DNA of 64,000 nt from Symbiobacterium sp. (GTDB lineage: Bacteria; Bacillota; Sulfobacillia; Symbiobacteriales; Symbiobacteriaceae), in contig NZ_JBFNEH010000002.1 of assembly GCF_040797425.1 (NCBI RefSeq), positions 3,341-67,340 of the forward strand, written 5' to 3'. Made by a program: the position numbers and the translations under genes. The notes under the pieces were generated by a model, which saw nothing but the letters and a program-made list of their open reading frames with translations, was not told where the DNA came from and ran no database searches. Below are positions 29,513 through 40,000 of the stretch, piece by piece (the first letter of the stretch is position 1; each line of letters starts with the position of its first letter).

Positions 29513-32500
29513 TCACTTCGAGGGCACCGTGAACTGCACCGAGTAGTCGGGCAGCGGGAGCACCCGGCGGCCGGCGGCGTCGATCAGCCAGCCTTCGAGG
29601 GTGTTCATGTAGACCACCCGGCCGCTGAAGCGGCTCACGAGACCCTGCGCGTCGTCGGGATGGAGCTGGATCTCCAGCGTGTCCGCCTTCGGGTTGGTCA
29701 CCGCCACGGGGGTGTTCTGCGGACGCCAGCCCTCCTGCTTGGTATTCAGCCGGAACTCCAGTTTCGTGGTGTCGACCGTCGCACCGTTCAGGTTGCTGCC
29801 CGTAAGCCGCAGCACGCCCGCCGCCCGGTCGTACTCCGCCCGGGTCACCGTGGCCCGGCCGTAGACCGTCACGCCGGCAACGGCGCCCACCCGGTTGGCG
29901 CTGGAGCCCGACCCCGTATACACCCAGCCGGCGTCGGCCACCACGGAGAGGGTGGTTCCCGTCAGGTTCTTCAGCTTTGCCACCGTGTCGTTATGAAGCG
30001 TCACCACGATCTGGGTGTCAGACGGCGTGGTGGCCGTCTTGTCCTTGCTGGTGAGCTTCACCGTCTCGGTGCCGTCGCTGATGCCGATCGCCGGGAGGCT
30101 GAGCGACCCCTGGCGGAAGCCCTCGCCGTAGAGGTAGAGCCGCTTGCCGTCCAGGTCCAGCGCCGCCTCGGTGATGGTGGCCATCGGCGTCAGCGGCGCC
30201 TTCGCGGCCGCCCGGGCGACCTGGGTGCCCTCCTTGTTGGTGAACCAGCCGGCGTCGGCCTCCACGTAGACGTTCGCCCCGTAGAACCGCTCGGGCGTGA
30301 TCTGGCCGGCCTGGCCGTGCAGCAGGATCACCACGCTGGAGGAGGAGACCGACTTGACCTCCACCTCGCTGGGATCGAGCCACACCACCTCGTTGCCCTT
30401 CACGATGCGGATCTTGCCGGGGTCCACCGTGCCGCCCGAGGCGGCCTTCACCGAAAGCGTCAACCGCCCGTCCACCGCATCGTAGGTGGCGCTGTTCAGC
30501 TTATAGCTGTCGTTGTACTCAACCACCGTGGCCTTCGTGTAGTCGTCTAGCGCCAGGGAGCGGTAGCTGTCGCCGGCGCCGTTGTTTACCACGACCTCGT
30601 AGTAGTAGGTGCCGGGCTTCAGCGCGCTCCGCGGGATGCGGATCGTGGGCACGCCGCTGGCCAGATCGAACGCCTCGCTGGTGAAGAAGGGCTTGGACTC
30701 GCCCTTCCGGTAGACCTTGGCGATCACGTAGTTGGCCGGCTGGTCGAGGTTGAGCGGATCCTGGGTGGCCAGGGTGATCTCCATGAAGTCGGCGTCAGGC
30801 CCCACGTAGCCGCCCACGGGCGAGAGGCCGCCGCTCTTCACGCCGTGGATGGCGATCACCTGGGGCGCCGGGGGCGCCTGCTTGTTGACGGCGATGGTCA
30901 GCGGGGCGCTGGTCATGTTGCCGACCTTCACCTGGTACTGGTCCCAGCCCACCTCGCCGGTGGCGTGGACGGTGAACTCCGCCACGCCGTTGGCGGTCAG
31001 GCGCCGGTTGGCGCCGGTGATGCGGGTGACGCCGTCACCGCTGGGCAGGCGCTCCAGGGTGGCGTACTCCTTGTAGTTGGGGATGGGGTTGTTGTACGCG
31101 TCCACCACCTTGGCCCTGACCGTCAGGTTGCGGGCCTTGTATGCCGCACCGCCGGGTTGGTCCTTGCCCAGGTCGGAGTCTACCGTGAGGATCACCTTGG
31201 CCGGGGTGCCGACGAAGGAAATCTCCTTGGTGGGGGCGTAGAAGCCCAGGCTCGAGGCCGCAGCGCCGAAGCCGCTCTCGCTGTTGTAGGCCTCGTAGGT
31301 CGACTTCACCGGCACCGGCGTGATCCGCACCGTGCCGCTCCGCCCGTAAGTGAGCCGGAGCTCGGCGACGCCCTTGTATGTGCGGCCCACCACCGACATC
31401 GGGTCGTGATCGGGGTGGGAGTCGGACAGGCCGTCATCGACCGGGTAATAGCCGGAGTTGGGGAAGCTGAGGGTCACGCCTTCCGGGATGCCGCCCAACA
31501 GCCGGTCGTTGTTGCTGGTGCTCAGCTTCAGCTGGAAGGCGTAGGAGCCGGTGGTCACCACCCGGTTGGAGCTGTCCAGCACCCGGACGGTCACCTTTAC
31601 CGTGTCGCCGGGCTTGGGGTTGCTGGGGCTGAAGGTGATGTCGAACCGGGAGCCCGTCATGCCCTGGTCCACCGGCAGGGAGAGGGTCTGCACGGAGTAC
31701 TTGTGGTCGCTGATGACCTCCCCGCGGATGGTGGCCGTGCCGGGCATCACGCCGGCCACGAAGACCGCATCATTGCCGCTGGAGTTGGAGCGGTCGGGCG
31801 GGATCGAGATGAGGTCGTTCTCGAAGTAGCCGTCCGTGCCAGACTCCGTGAGCCGGATCAGGATCTCCCTGCCGGACCGGTTGGTGATGGACTTGCCGTT
31901 CTCATCCACCAGTGCCGCCCGGATGGTCGCCTTGGAGGAGCCGTCGGGCTTCAGGGACTTCGGGGTGACCGTAAGGGTGATCCGGGTCGACTCCAGGAAC
32001 TCCACCACCCGCTCGGCGCCCTGGAGCCCCGGCGACGAGACCTCGAGGGTGGCTGTGCCGGTGCGGCTCGCCTTCAGGGTGAAGGTGGCGACGCCCTTCT
32101 CGGTCTGCACCGTGCTGTCTTCCACGGTGAGGCCGCTCATGCCCGACGTGCGCAGGGTGATCGTGCGGAAGTAGTCGTCGGTGACCACCTTCCCGTTGGC
32201 GTCCAGCACCCGGACGGTCACCGTGACCTCCTTGCCCACGGCGGGGGCGTTGCCCTTGTTGATCTCGAGGATCTCGAGGGACTCGGCCTTGTCGGACGGG
32301 CCGTAGACCTGGAAGGTGTACGTGCCCGTGGCGTTGCCGGACCGGAGCGTGAGGGTGCCGCGGCCGGTCTTGTCGGTGGTGGTGATGGTCATGGTGCGGG
32401 TGTTGAACGTGGCGAGCCCGCCGGAGACCGTCGCCTCCACCTCGTCGAGGGGCAGCGCATTACCCCGGCTGTCGGTGGCCGTAACCTCCAGCCGCTGGCT

Positions 32501-33400
32501 GCTGTTGGTGGGGAGGATGCTGGGCCCCTGGATGGTAATGCGGCTGACGACGCCCCTGCGCTCGACCGTGACCGTGTCCGTGGCCGTGTTGCCGGCCCGG
32601 TCGACCGCCTGCACCGTCACCTTGTTCACGCCCAGATCCAGCGAGACGGAGTGAGAGAACTCCTTGGTCTCGGGGTTGTAGCTGGCTCGCTCGCCATTTA
32701 CCAACACCTGATAGGCCCCCACCGCCGTGCCGGTGACCGTGACCCGGGTGTCGGCGGTCGGCGTCGTCACCGGGTTGACATACAGCTCAGGCGGTTCCTG
32801 GTCGATGTGCTTGCGCAGCAGGTTCGGGGCGTCGCGCAGCGGCACGTTGACCAGGGTGTTGGCCAGGGACCAGAAGATCTTGCCCCGGACCGCGTAATCC
32901 CGGGCGCCGACGCCCGCGGGGGCGATGGCCAGGGCCCGGCTCCTGTCCAGGATCACGTCCGGATTCCAGGGGCTGGGCTCCTGCTCCACCATCCGGAGCA
33001 GTACCGTGAGGACCTCGGCATAGGTAATGCGGTCATTGGGCCGGAAGAGGCCGGAAGGATCGCCCCGCATCAGCCCCATCCTGTGGGCCAGTGCGATCTC
33101 GCCGGCGCCCCAGTGGCCCACGGCGTCCGGGAACGGGACCGCGTCGCGCAGTAGCGGCGCCAGGTCGGCCATGCCGTACGCCCGCACGAAGATTGCCGCC
33201 GCCTGGGCCCGGGTCAGCGGGTCGCCCAGCCGCAGGTTGCCGTCGGGGTCGCCCAGGACGATGCCGTACTCTTGCAGCAGTGTGACCGCCTCGTCTTCCG
33301 AGAGCTCCTCGGCGGCGGCTGCCGGCCGGGCCGGGCCCAGGGTGAGCAGCATGGCCAGCGTGAGGAGCAGCGCGACAGACGAGCGAAGTCGTCGTAGCAT
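29513..33400 (-). CDS. Large SLH-domain surface protein with Ig-like (Big-type) repeats (paralogue 4)
   Basis: Collinear with paralogue 3 (FPDAVGHWGAGEIALAHRMGLMRGDPSGLFRPNDRITYAEVLTVLLRMV). AAAGGAGGT RBS. Confidence 0.9.
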   Translation of the reverse strand: MLRRLRSSVALLLTLAMLLTLGPARPAAAAEELSEDEAVTLLQEYGIVLGDPDGNLRLGDPLTRAQAAAIFVRAYGMADLAPLLRDAVPFPDAVGHWGAGEIALAHRMGLMRGDPSGLFRPNDRITYAEVLTVLLRMVEQEPSPWNPDVILDRSRALAIAPAGVGARDYAVRGKIFWSLANTLVNVPLRDAPNLLRKHIDQEPPELYVNPVTTPTADTRVTVTGTAVGAYQVLVNGERASYNPETKEFSHSVSLDLGVNKVTVQAVDRAGNTATDTVTVERRGVVSRITIQGPSILPTNSSQRLEVTATDSRGNALPLDEVEATVSGGLATFNTRTMTITTTDKTGRGTLTLRSGNATGTYTFQVYGPSDKAESLEILEINKGNAPAVGKEVTVTVRVLDANGKVVTDDYFRTITLRTSGMSGLTVEDSTVQTEKGVATFTLKASRTGTATLEVSSPGLQGAERVVEFLESTRITLTVTPKSLKPDGSSKATIRAALVDENGKSITNRSGREILIRLTESGTDGYFENDLISIPPDRSNSSGNDAVFVAGVMPGTATIRGEVISDHKYSVQTLSLPVDQGMTGSRFDITFSPSNPKPGDTVKVTVRVLDSSNRVVTTGSYAFQLKLSTSNNDRLLGGIPEGVTLSFPNSGYYPVDDGLSDSHPDHDPMSVVGRTYKGVAELRLTYGRSGTVRITPVPVKSTYEAYNSESGFGAAASSLGFYAPTKEISFVGTPAKVILTVDSDLGKDQPGGAAYKARNLTVRAKVVDAYNNPIPNYKEYATLERLPSGDGVTRITGANRRLTANGVAEFTVHATGEVGWDQYQVKVGNMTSAPLTIAVNKQAPPAPQVIAIHGVKSGGLSPVGGYVGPDADFMEITLATQDPLNLDQPANYVIAKVYRKGESKPFFTSEAFDLASGVPTIRIPRSALKPGTYYYEVVVNNGAGDSYRSLALDDYTKATVVEYNDSYKLNSATYDAVDGRLTLSVKAASGGTVDPGKIRIVKGNEVVWLDPSEVEVKSVSSSSVVILLHGQAGQITPERFYGANVYVEADAGWFTNKEGTQVARAAAKAPLTPMATITEAALDLDGKRLYLYGEGFRQGSLSLPAIGISDGTETVKLTSKDKTATTPSDTQIVVTLHNDTVAKLKNLTGTTLSVVADAGWVYTGSGSSANRVGAVAGVTVYGRATVTRAEYDRAAGVLRLTGSNLNGATVDTTKLEFRLNTKQEGWRPQNTPVAVTNPKADTLEIQLHPDDAQGLVSRFSGRVVYMNTLEGWLIDAAGRRVLPLPDYSVQFTVPSK

Positions 33401-33652
33401 GAGTGCTGGTTACCTCCTTTCGGCTCGCTTCGGCCCGCTGCGAGCCAACTTATTAGACGCCTCGTAATCCCCCGATGGTTGCATCAGGAAGGCTCAAACA
33501 CTTCATTTTCCTAGGGAACCGTGCGTCCCCCATCGCTGGATATGGTATGCTCAAGATATAGCATAACTCTAGATAGTTTACTTTTCATCCATTTCTAGAG
33601 ATAATAGGCGTGTATTAGCTGATCGTCTGACCCGATCTCTCGAGAAAGGGGG

Positions 33653-34192
33653 ATGCACCTCGTGCGCCGTTCCCTTCGCAAGATCGATTCTCAGGAGGTC
33701 CAGCAGTACGACCCGAACGAGCAGTTGTTCACGGTGGAGTCGTTGGAGGAGGCCCGCCGTCGGCTGACCGAGCAGGGGCTGGACCCGGCGCGGTACTGCT
33801 TCTACACCTGGATGCGCGGCGGGGTTCGGTACTACCGGGTGTGGGAAGACAAGCGGGTGAAGGCCGGCATCGTCCCGCCCTCTCCCTTCGGCCAGACGGC
33901 GGCGCGCCTCAAGCGGGCCGACGCCGAGAAGCTCTACACGGTGGCCAAGCGTTACAGCGGCGAGCGGGTGCACTTTGCCGTGGGCGACGGCCTGCTGCGG
34001 GTGCTCGACGCGGTCACCGGCGTCGAGAAGGTGGCGATCAGCCTGCCGGTGGTGGGAGGAGGACTCATCTTCCAGCAGGGTGAATGGAATGAGGAGCAGG
34101 CCGCCCACTTCGTGAACGCCATCCTCGTGCGCGGGCAGCGGCCCGACAAGGCGTACGAAGAGGCGGAGGCGCTGGCGGGCGTGCCCAACTGA
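33653..34192 (+). CDS. Hypothetical protein, no recognisable domain
   Basis: Coding-like GC3 throughout; GGGGG-rich RBS. First gene of the co-directional ctpA / SLH / S8 cluster. An alternative GTG start is at 33662. Confidence 0.6.
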   Translation: MHLVRRSLRKIDSQEVQQYDPNEQLFTVESLEEARRRLTEQGLDPARYCFYTWMRGGVRYYRVWEDKRVKAGIVPPSPFGQTAARLKRADAEKLYTVAKRYSGERVHFAVGDGLLRVLDAVTGVEKVAISLPVVGGGLIFQQGEWNEEQAAHFVNAILVRGQRPDKAYEEAEALAGVPN

Positions 34193-34212
34193 CATCGGGG
34201 AGGTCTGTTCTC

Positions 34213-35601
34213 ATGCGGCGTGCCCTTGCGGTCTTGCTCCTCACCCTTTGCCTGACGCTCGCGCCGTGGGCCGGAACCGCCTACGGGGCGGCGGCGTCGG
34301 GCGTGACCCTCGGGCCGGACTGGCAGCTCTGGACGGTCTACGCCGTGGTGGAGCGTTACCACCTGAACGGCGCGGACCTGGAGACGTTCCTCGAGGGCGC
34401 CATCCGGGGCGGACTGGACGCACTCGGCGACCCCTACACCGAGTACTTCAACGCCGAGGATTACCAGGGGTTCCTGGAGAGCCTGGACGGCGACTTCGCC
34501 GGCATCGGGGTCTATCTGGAGAAGGACGGCGACTACGTCGTCATCGTCCGGCCCATCCGGGGCACCCCCGCCGCGGAGGCCGGGCTCCAGTCGGGCGACC
34601 GCATCCTGGCGGCGGACGGGGTGAACCTGGTGGGCGAGCCCATCGAGACGGTGCAGAGCCTGGTCCGGGGCGAGCCGGGCACCGCGGTGCAGCTCACCAT
34701 CGAGCGCCCGGCCGAGGGCCGCCGGTTCAACGTCACCGTCACCCGCGCGTGGATCCACGTGCCCCAGGTGGAGTACCGCATGCTCGACGGGGGCGTGGGC
34801 TATCTGGAACTCATCGGCTTCGGTGACCGGGCCGAGCAGGAGTTCTACGCCGCCGTCTCCGCCCTGAAGGAGGCCGGCGCCACCAGCCTGGTGCTCGACC
34901 TGCGGGCCAACGGCGGCGGCTGGGTGGACACGGCGCTCGCCATCGCCGGCGCCTTCGTGCCTGAGGGCGAGCCGATCATGTATGAACTGGGCCGCGACAG
35001 CGAGCAGGTCTACCGGAGCGAAGGCCGGCTGATCGGGCTTCCCACCGCGGTGCTCGTGAGCGAGTACACGGCCTCGGCGGCGGAGATTCTCGCCGGGGCG
35101 ATTCAGGACTACAAGGCCGGCGTGCTGGTGGGCACCAAGACCTTCGGCAAGGGCCTGGTGCAGGAGCTGATCCCGCTGCCCGACGGGGCCGCGGTGAAGG
35201 TGACGACGGCCGAGTACCTGACGGGCAAGCGGCAGCGGGTGCAGGGCGTGGGCCTCACGCCCGACCTGGAGGTGGAGGCGTACCAGCCCGACCCCGAGCT
35301 GTGGGAACCCCTCACGACCGACCGGGTGCTCACCAACGGCCACGTGGGGCTCGACGTGCTGGGGCTGCAGCGCCGTCTGACGTTCCTGGGTTACCACACC
35401 GACCTGGACGGCTACTTCCGGGCGCAGACGGCCTGGGCGGTGAGGGCCTTCGCCCGGGACAACGGGCTGACCGACGCGGCCATCGTGGACCAGGCCTACC
35501 TGGAGAAGCTGAACGCGCAGGTGGCTGCAAAGCTCCGGGCGGCCGACTGGCCCGACACCCAGCTGGAAGCCGCAGTTCAATACCTGACGCAGGCGCGCTG
35601 A
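34213..35601 (+). CDS. ctpA: Carboxy-terminal processing protease (S41) with PDZ and C-terminal peptidoglycan-binding domain
   Basis: Signal peptide; PDZ (GIGVYLEKDGDYVVIVRPIRGTPAAEAGLQSGDRI); LDLRANGGG; Ser/Lys dyad context SEYTASAAEILAGA ... TFGKGLVQ; C-terminal PG_binding_1-like LQRRLTFLGYHTDLDGYFRAQTAWAVRAFARDNGL. Confidence 0.9.
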   Translation: MRRALAVLLLTLCLTLAPWAGTAYGAAASGVTLGPDWQLWTVYAVVERYHLNGADLETFLEGAIRGGLDALGDPYTEYFNAEDYQGFLESLDGDFAGIGVYLEKDGDYVVIVRPIRGTPAAEAGLQSGDRILAADGVNLVGEPIETVQSLVRGEPGTAVQLTIERPAEGRRFNVTVTRAWIHVPQVEYRMLDGGVGYLELIGFGDRAEQEFYAAVSALKEAGATSLVLDLRANGGGWVDTALAIAGAFVPEGEPIMYELGRDSEQVYRSEGRLIGLPTAVLVSEYTASAAEILAGAIQDYKAGVLVGTKTFGKGLVQELIPLPDGAAVKVTTAEYLTGKRQRVQGVGLTPDLEVEAYQPDPELWEPLTTDRVLTNGHVGLDVLGLQRRLTFLGYHTDLDGYFRAQTAWAVRAFARDNGLTDAAIVDQAYLEKLNAQVAAKLRAADWPDTQLEAAVQYLTQAR

Positions 35602-35774
35602 CGGCCTGCCGCGGCAGGCGGCGCGCCCTCCCGTACAGCGCAGCGGAAAGGGTATCGTCCGGCCCGTTGCGCTGAAACCTTTTTGGCCTGTAAACGCGTC
35701 CAACATGACAGGCGGCTCAGCACCTGCGCCCGCCGCAACCCGGGGCCGCAGGCGCCCCGCCCTGGTGAGGAAAT

Positions 35775-37049
35775 ATGCGGAAATTCATCGGTCTCATCGC
35801 CCTGGTCGCCTGTCTCCTGCTGCTGGTGCCCCGGGGCGCGCTGGCCTACCTGGCGGACGTGGCCGGCCACTGGTCCAACGCGCTGCTGACCGCGCTGGAG
35901 GTCCGGGGCGTGATCGCCGGTGACCGGGCCGGCAACTTCTACCCCGACGACCTGCTCACGCGGGCCGAACTGGCCCGCATCCTCGTGACGGGCCTCGGGT
36001 ACTCCGAGGACGCTGCCCGGGTGCAGGACGCCCCCAGCCGCTTCGTGGACGTGTCCCGGGACCATCCCGACCGGGGCTACATCGAGCTGCTGTGGGAGCT
36101 GGGCCTGGCCCAGGGCTATCCCGACGGCCGTTTCGGACCCGAGGAGCCCGTCACCCGGGCGGAGATGGCGGTGGTGCTGGCGCGGGCGGCCGGCCTGGAG
36201 CAGCGGGCCACGGTGCTGCGCACGGCCCGCCTCGCGTACCGCGACGCCGCCCAGATCCCCGGGTGGGCCGTGGGGGCCGTGGCCGCGGCCGCGGAGGCCG
36301 GCCTGATGACCGGCGACGACATGGGCTGGTACCGCCCCGCCGACCCGGTGACCCGGGCGGAAGGTGCGGCGGCCTTTGCGCGCATCCTCGACCGGCAGGG
36401 CCTGCTCTTCGACCTGGAGGGCACGCTGGTCGCCTTCGACCCGCGCGAGGCCGAGGGCGTGGTGCGCACGCCCATGGGCGAGGAGCACCCGTTCAGCCTG
36501 GCGGTGGACGCCGCCGTGCTGCGGGGCGGCCAGCGCGCCTCGCCGCCGGCGCTTCGGGTGGGCGACCAGGTCTGGCTGATTCTGAACGACGCCGGCCAGG
36601 TCCGGTTCGTGGAGGCGTGGTACGCCGACATGCTGGCAGAGGGCCTCGAGGCGGCCGGCGACGGGAAGGTGCGGGCGATGCTGGCTGACGGCGAACGCAA
36701 GGTGCTCACGGTGCAGCCAGGCGCCCTCGCCTTCGTGAACGGCCGGCCGGCGACGCTTTCGGACGCCCTGGGGAAGGGGCCCACCTATCTGACCCTCGAT
36801 GCCCGGACCGGTGCCGTCCGCTATGTCGACGCCGTGCGGACCTCCGTCTCCGGTACCGTCGCCCTGGTAGAGGACGACCGCATCTGGCTCGAGGAAGGGG
36901 AGGCGTTCACGCCGTACCCCCTGGCGGATGATGCCATCTTGGTGCTGGACGGGCAGCCGGTGGCTCCGTATGTGATCGAAGAAGGCGACCGGGTGGACCT
37001 GGCGCTGGATGCCGACGGTCACATCACCTATGCCGAGATCGTGAGGTGA
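35775..37049 (+). CDS. SLH-domain protein (three SLH motifs plus a beta-rich C-terminal domain)
   Basis: Signal peptide; LADVAGHWSNALL..FYPDDLLTRAELARIL; FVDVSRDHPDRGYIELL..GYPDGRFGPEEPVTRAEMAVVL; YRDAAQIPGWAVGAV..YRPADPVTRAEGAAAF. Confidence 0.85.
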   Translation: MRKFIGLIALVACLLLLVPRGALAYLADVAGHWSNALLTALEVRGVIAGDRAGNFYPDDLLTRAELARILVTGLGYSEDAARVQDAPSRFVDVSRDHPDRGYIELLWELGLAQGYPDGRFGPEEPVTRAEMAVVLARAAGLEQRATVLRTARLAYRDAAQIPGWAVGAVAAAAEAGLMTGDDMGWYRPADPVTRAEGAAAFARILDRQGLLFDLEGTLVAFDPREAEGVVRTPMGEEHPFSLAVDAAVLRGGQRASPPALRVGDQVWLILNDAGQVRFVEAWYADMLAEGLEAAGDGKVRAMLADGERKVLTVQPGALAFVNGRPATLSDALGKGPTYLTLDARTGAVRYVDAVRTSVSGTVALVEDDRIWLEEGEAFTPYPLADDAILVLDGQPVAPYVIEEGDRVDLALDADGHITYAEIVR

Positions 37050-37053
37050 GCCG

Positions 37054-40000
37054 ATGCAGCGATCGGTGAGATGGGCGGCGCGGCTCGCCCTGGTGGTCCT
37101 GTTGGCCGGCCTGCTCGTTGACCTGCCCCCGTCGGGGCGTCCGGTGACCGGAGCCGGACCCGCCGAGGTGGCGCCGGCGGGGGAGCAGCCGGCTGAAACC
37201 GACCCGGCCGAGCCCGATGCAACCGGATCCGATGCGGCCCCCCCGCCGGCCGTCTCCGGTGCGGCGGATGCGCAGGCCGACGCCGGGCAGGCTATTCCGC
37301 CTGACGCGGCGGCCGTCGTGGAGGGGGCCGACGAGCCCGTGGCCACGCCGAAGCCCGCACTGCCGCCCCCTGACGACGCCGGCGCCACGGCGGATCCCGG
37401 CGGCCGGATGGCTGTCAACCTGGCCGCCGCCGGCATCCCGGCCTTCCGGGCATCCCGGGGGGTGGACGGCACCGGCGTGACGATCGCCGTGATCGACTCG
37501 GGGGTTGACCCCAGCCACCCCGACCTGCAGGTGACGCCTGACGGTCGGCGGAAGCTGGTGGACTGGAAAGACTTCACCGGCGAGGGGCGGGTGACCACGG
37601 ATCGGGTGGTGCCGTGGGGTCAGCAGTACACGGCGCCGGACGGGCGCACGTTCACCCTGCCCGCGGCGCGCTCGGCCGGCGGCACGGCCCGCTTCGGCTA
37701 CTGGGACGAGTCGAAGGTGCCGGGACTCATCAACCGCGACCTCGACCGCAACGGCTTCACCACCGACCGGTTCGGCGTGCTCCTGCTGGATCCGGAGACC
37801 CCGGGCCGGTTCACACAGGTTTATGTGGACACCGACAACGACGGCGACTTCCGGGATGAGCAGCCGCTGGCCGTGTTCCGGGAGGGCGGCGGCTGGGCCC
37901 GGCTGGGCCGGTACCGCAGCGGCGCCGCCGCCGAGCGGCAGCTGGCCTTTGTCGTAGCCGACATCGACCCCGCGGGCGGCTCGGTGCAGTTCGGCTTCGA
38001 CAGCCTGGGGCATGGCACGCAAGTGGCCGGCGTGGCCGCCGCCCACGGCGAGGGCGGGCTGAACGGGGCCGCGCCGGGCGCGCAGTTGATGGCCCTGAAG
38101 GTGCTCAACTCCCAGGACAGCGGCAGCTGGTTCGCCGTGCGGGAGGCCATCGCCTACGCCGCCCGGCAGGGGGCACAGGTGATCAACGTGAGCCTGGGCG
38201 GCCTGGCCGTCTCCGCCACGTACGACTCCGAAGCCTCCGCCTGGCTCTCGCAGGTGGCCCGCCAGTACGGCGTGCTCATCCTGCTCGCGGCCGACAATTC
38301 GGGCCCGGGCCTCTCCAGCGGCGCCACGGTAGGCAGCGCCAATGAGTTGATGACCATCGGCGCCTACTACTCCCCCGAGATGTGGCAGCGCGACTACGGC
38401 TACACCGTGTCCGAGGAGACCGTCTGGTGGCGGTCGGGGATGGGACCGCGGTCCGATGGCGCCTACATCCCCAGCCTGGTGGCGCCCGGCGGCAGCCCCG
38501 CCCCTTCGCCCCGGTGGCTGCACCCCGAGGGTTACACCACCGCGGTGGGCACCTCCATCGCCGTGCCGCACGTGGCCGGGGCGGCGGCCCTGATGTTGGA
38601 GGCGGCGCGGCGTGACGGCCTGCCGCAGGACGGCGGCAGCCTGAAGCGGGCCCTGGAATCGGGTGCCCGGGCGCTGGCCGGCCTGGAGCCCTACGAGCAG
38701 GGCAGCGGCCTGCTGGACGTGGGCGCGGCCTACGCCGCGCTGGGGCGGCTGCAGCCCGTGCCGGCCCTGACGACCGCCATGGCCGGGGGCGGTGAGGGGC
38801 TGCTGGCCCGGTCGTACCAGCCGGGCAGCGACGCCTTCGTGCTGACCAATCCCACTAACCGCCCGGTGCAGGTGGAGATCGCCAGCACGGCCGACTGGGT
38901 GAGGCCGGCCCTGCGCGCCGCCGTGATCCCGGCCGGGCAGAGCCGGGTGGTGAGCCTGTCGCTCAACCCGCCGTCGGCGCCGGGGGTGCACAGTGCGTAC
39001 GTGATCATCCGCGACCCGGATCAGGAAATCCCGATCATGCGGATCCCGGTCACCTTCGTCCGGCCCCAGGTAACCGCCGAGGGTCCGGCCGCCTACCAGT
39101 GGTCCGACCAGCTCTCTCCGGCCCGCTACCGGCGCTTCTTCGTGGAGGTGAAGCCGGGCACGACGAAGATGGCGGTCTCGGCCCGGGTGGGCACGGGCGC
39201 CGACGGTGCGCCGCTGGGTGCCGTGCAGGTGCAGGTCTTCCGCCCGGACGGCTACCTGGTGTATCGCTCGGAGGAGATCGGCTTCCAGGGCCAGGGCCTC
39301 TCGGCGCGGTTCGAGACGCCTGACCCGGTGGCGGGCGTCTGGGAAGTGGTGGTGGTGGCGCTGCCCCGGGCGGCGGCCGCCGGCGATGTGACGCCGTACC
39401 AGCTGCAGGCGGAGCTGGGCGCGGTGGTCTCCGCACTGCCCCTGCGGTACGCACTGCCCACCGGAGACGAGGTGGCCGGCAGCGCGACGGTGCGCAACCC
39501 GGGCCTCGCCTTCACAGGCCGTGCGGTGGCCCACGGGCTCACGGAGCAGGACCTGAGCCTGCCCTGGCAGGTAGTGCGGCAGGTGGGCCGCATCGACGAG
39601 TTCACCCTGGCCACCGGCGCCGCCCGGCTGCGCCTGGAGATTGCGAACCTCCTGCCCGCCAGCGCCCGGGTGCGGCTCTGGCTCTACCGGTACGAGCGGG
39701 GCCAGGGCTGGCAGCCGTACTGGCAGGCCAGCAGCGGCTCGGGCGGCGGGCAGCACATCGAGCTGCAGAACGTTCCGCCGGGCTACTACCAGGTGTTCGT
39801 GCTCTACGACGGTGCAATCCCCCACGACCTGCTCTACCAGTACCGCCGCCTGGTGGCGGTGGAGGCGTTCGGCATCGGCTCCCGCGACCAGGTCGCCCGG
39901 CACGAGCGGAGCAGCACGTGGAACGTCCCGCTCACCTTCTACACGCCGGTCACCCCGGGCCGCTACCACGGGTACGTGATCCTGGTGGACGAGTCGACTG

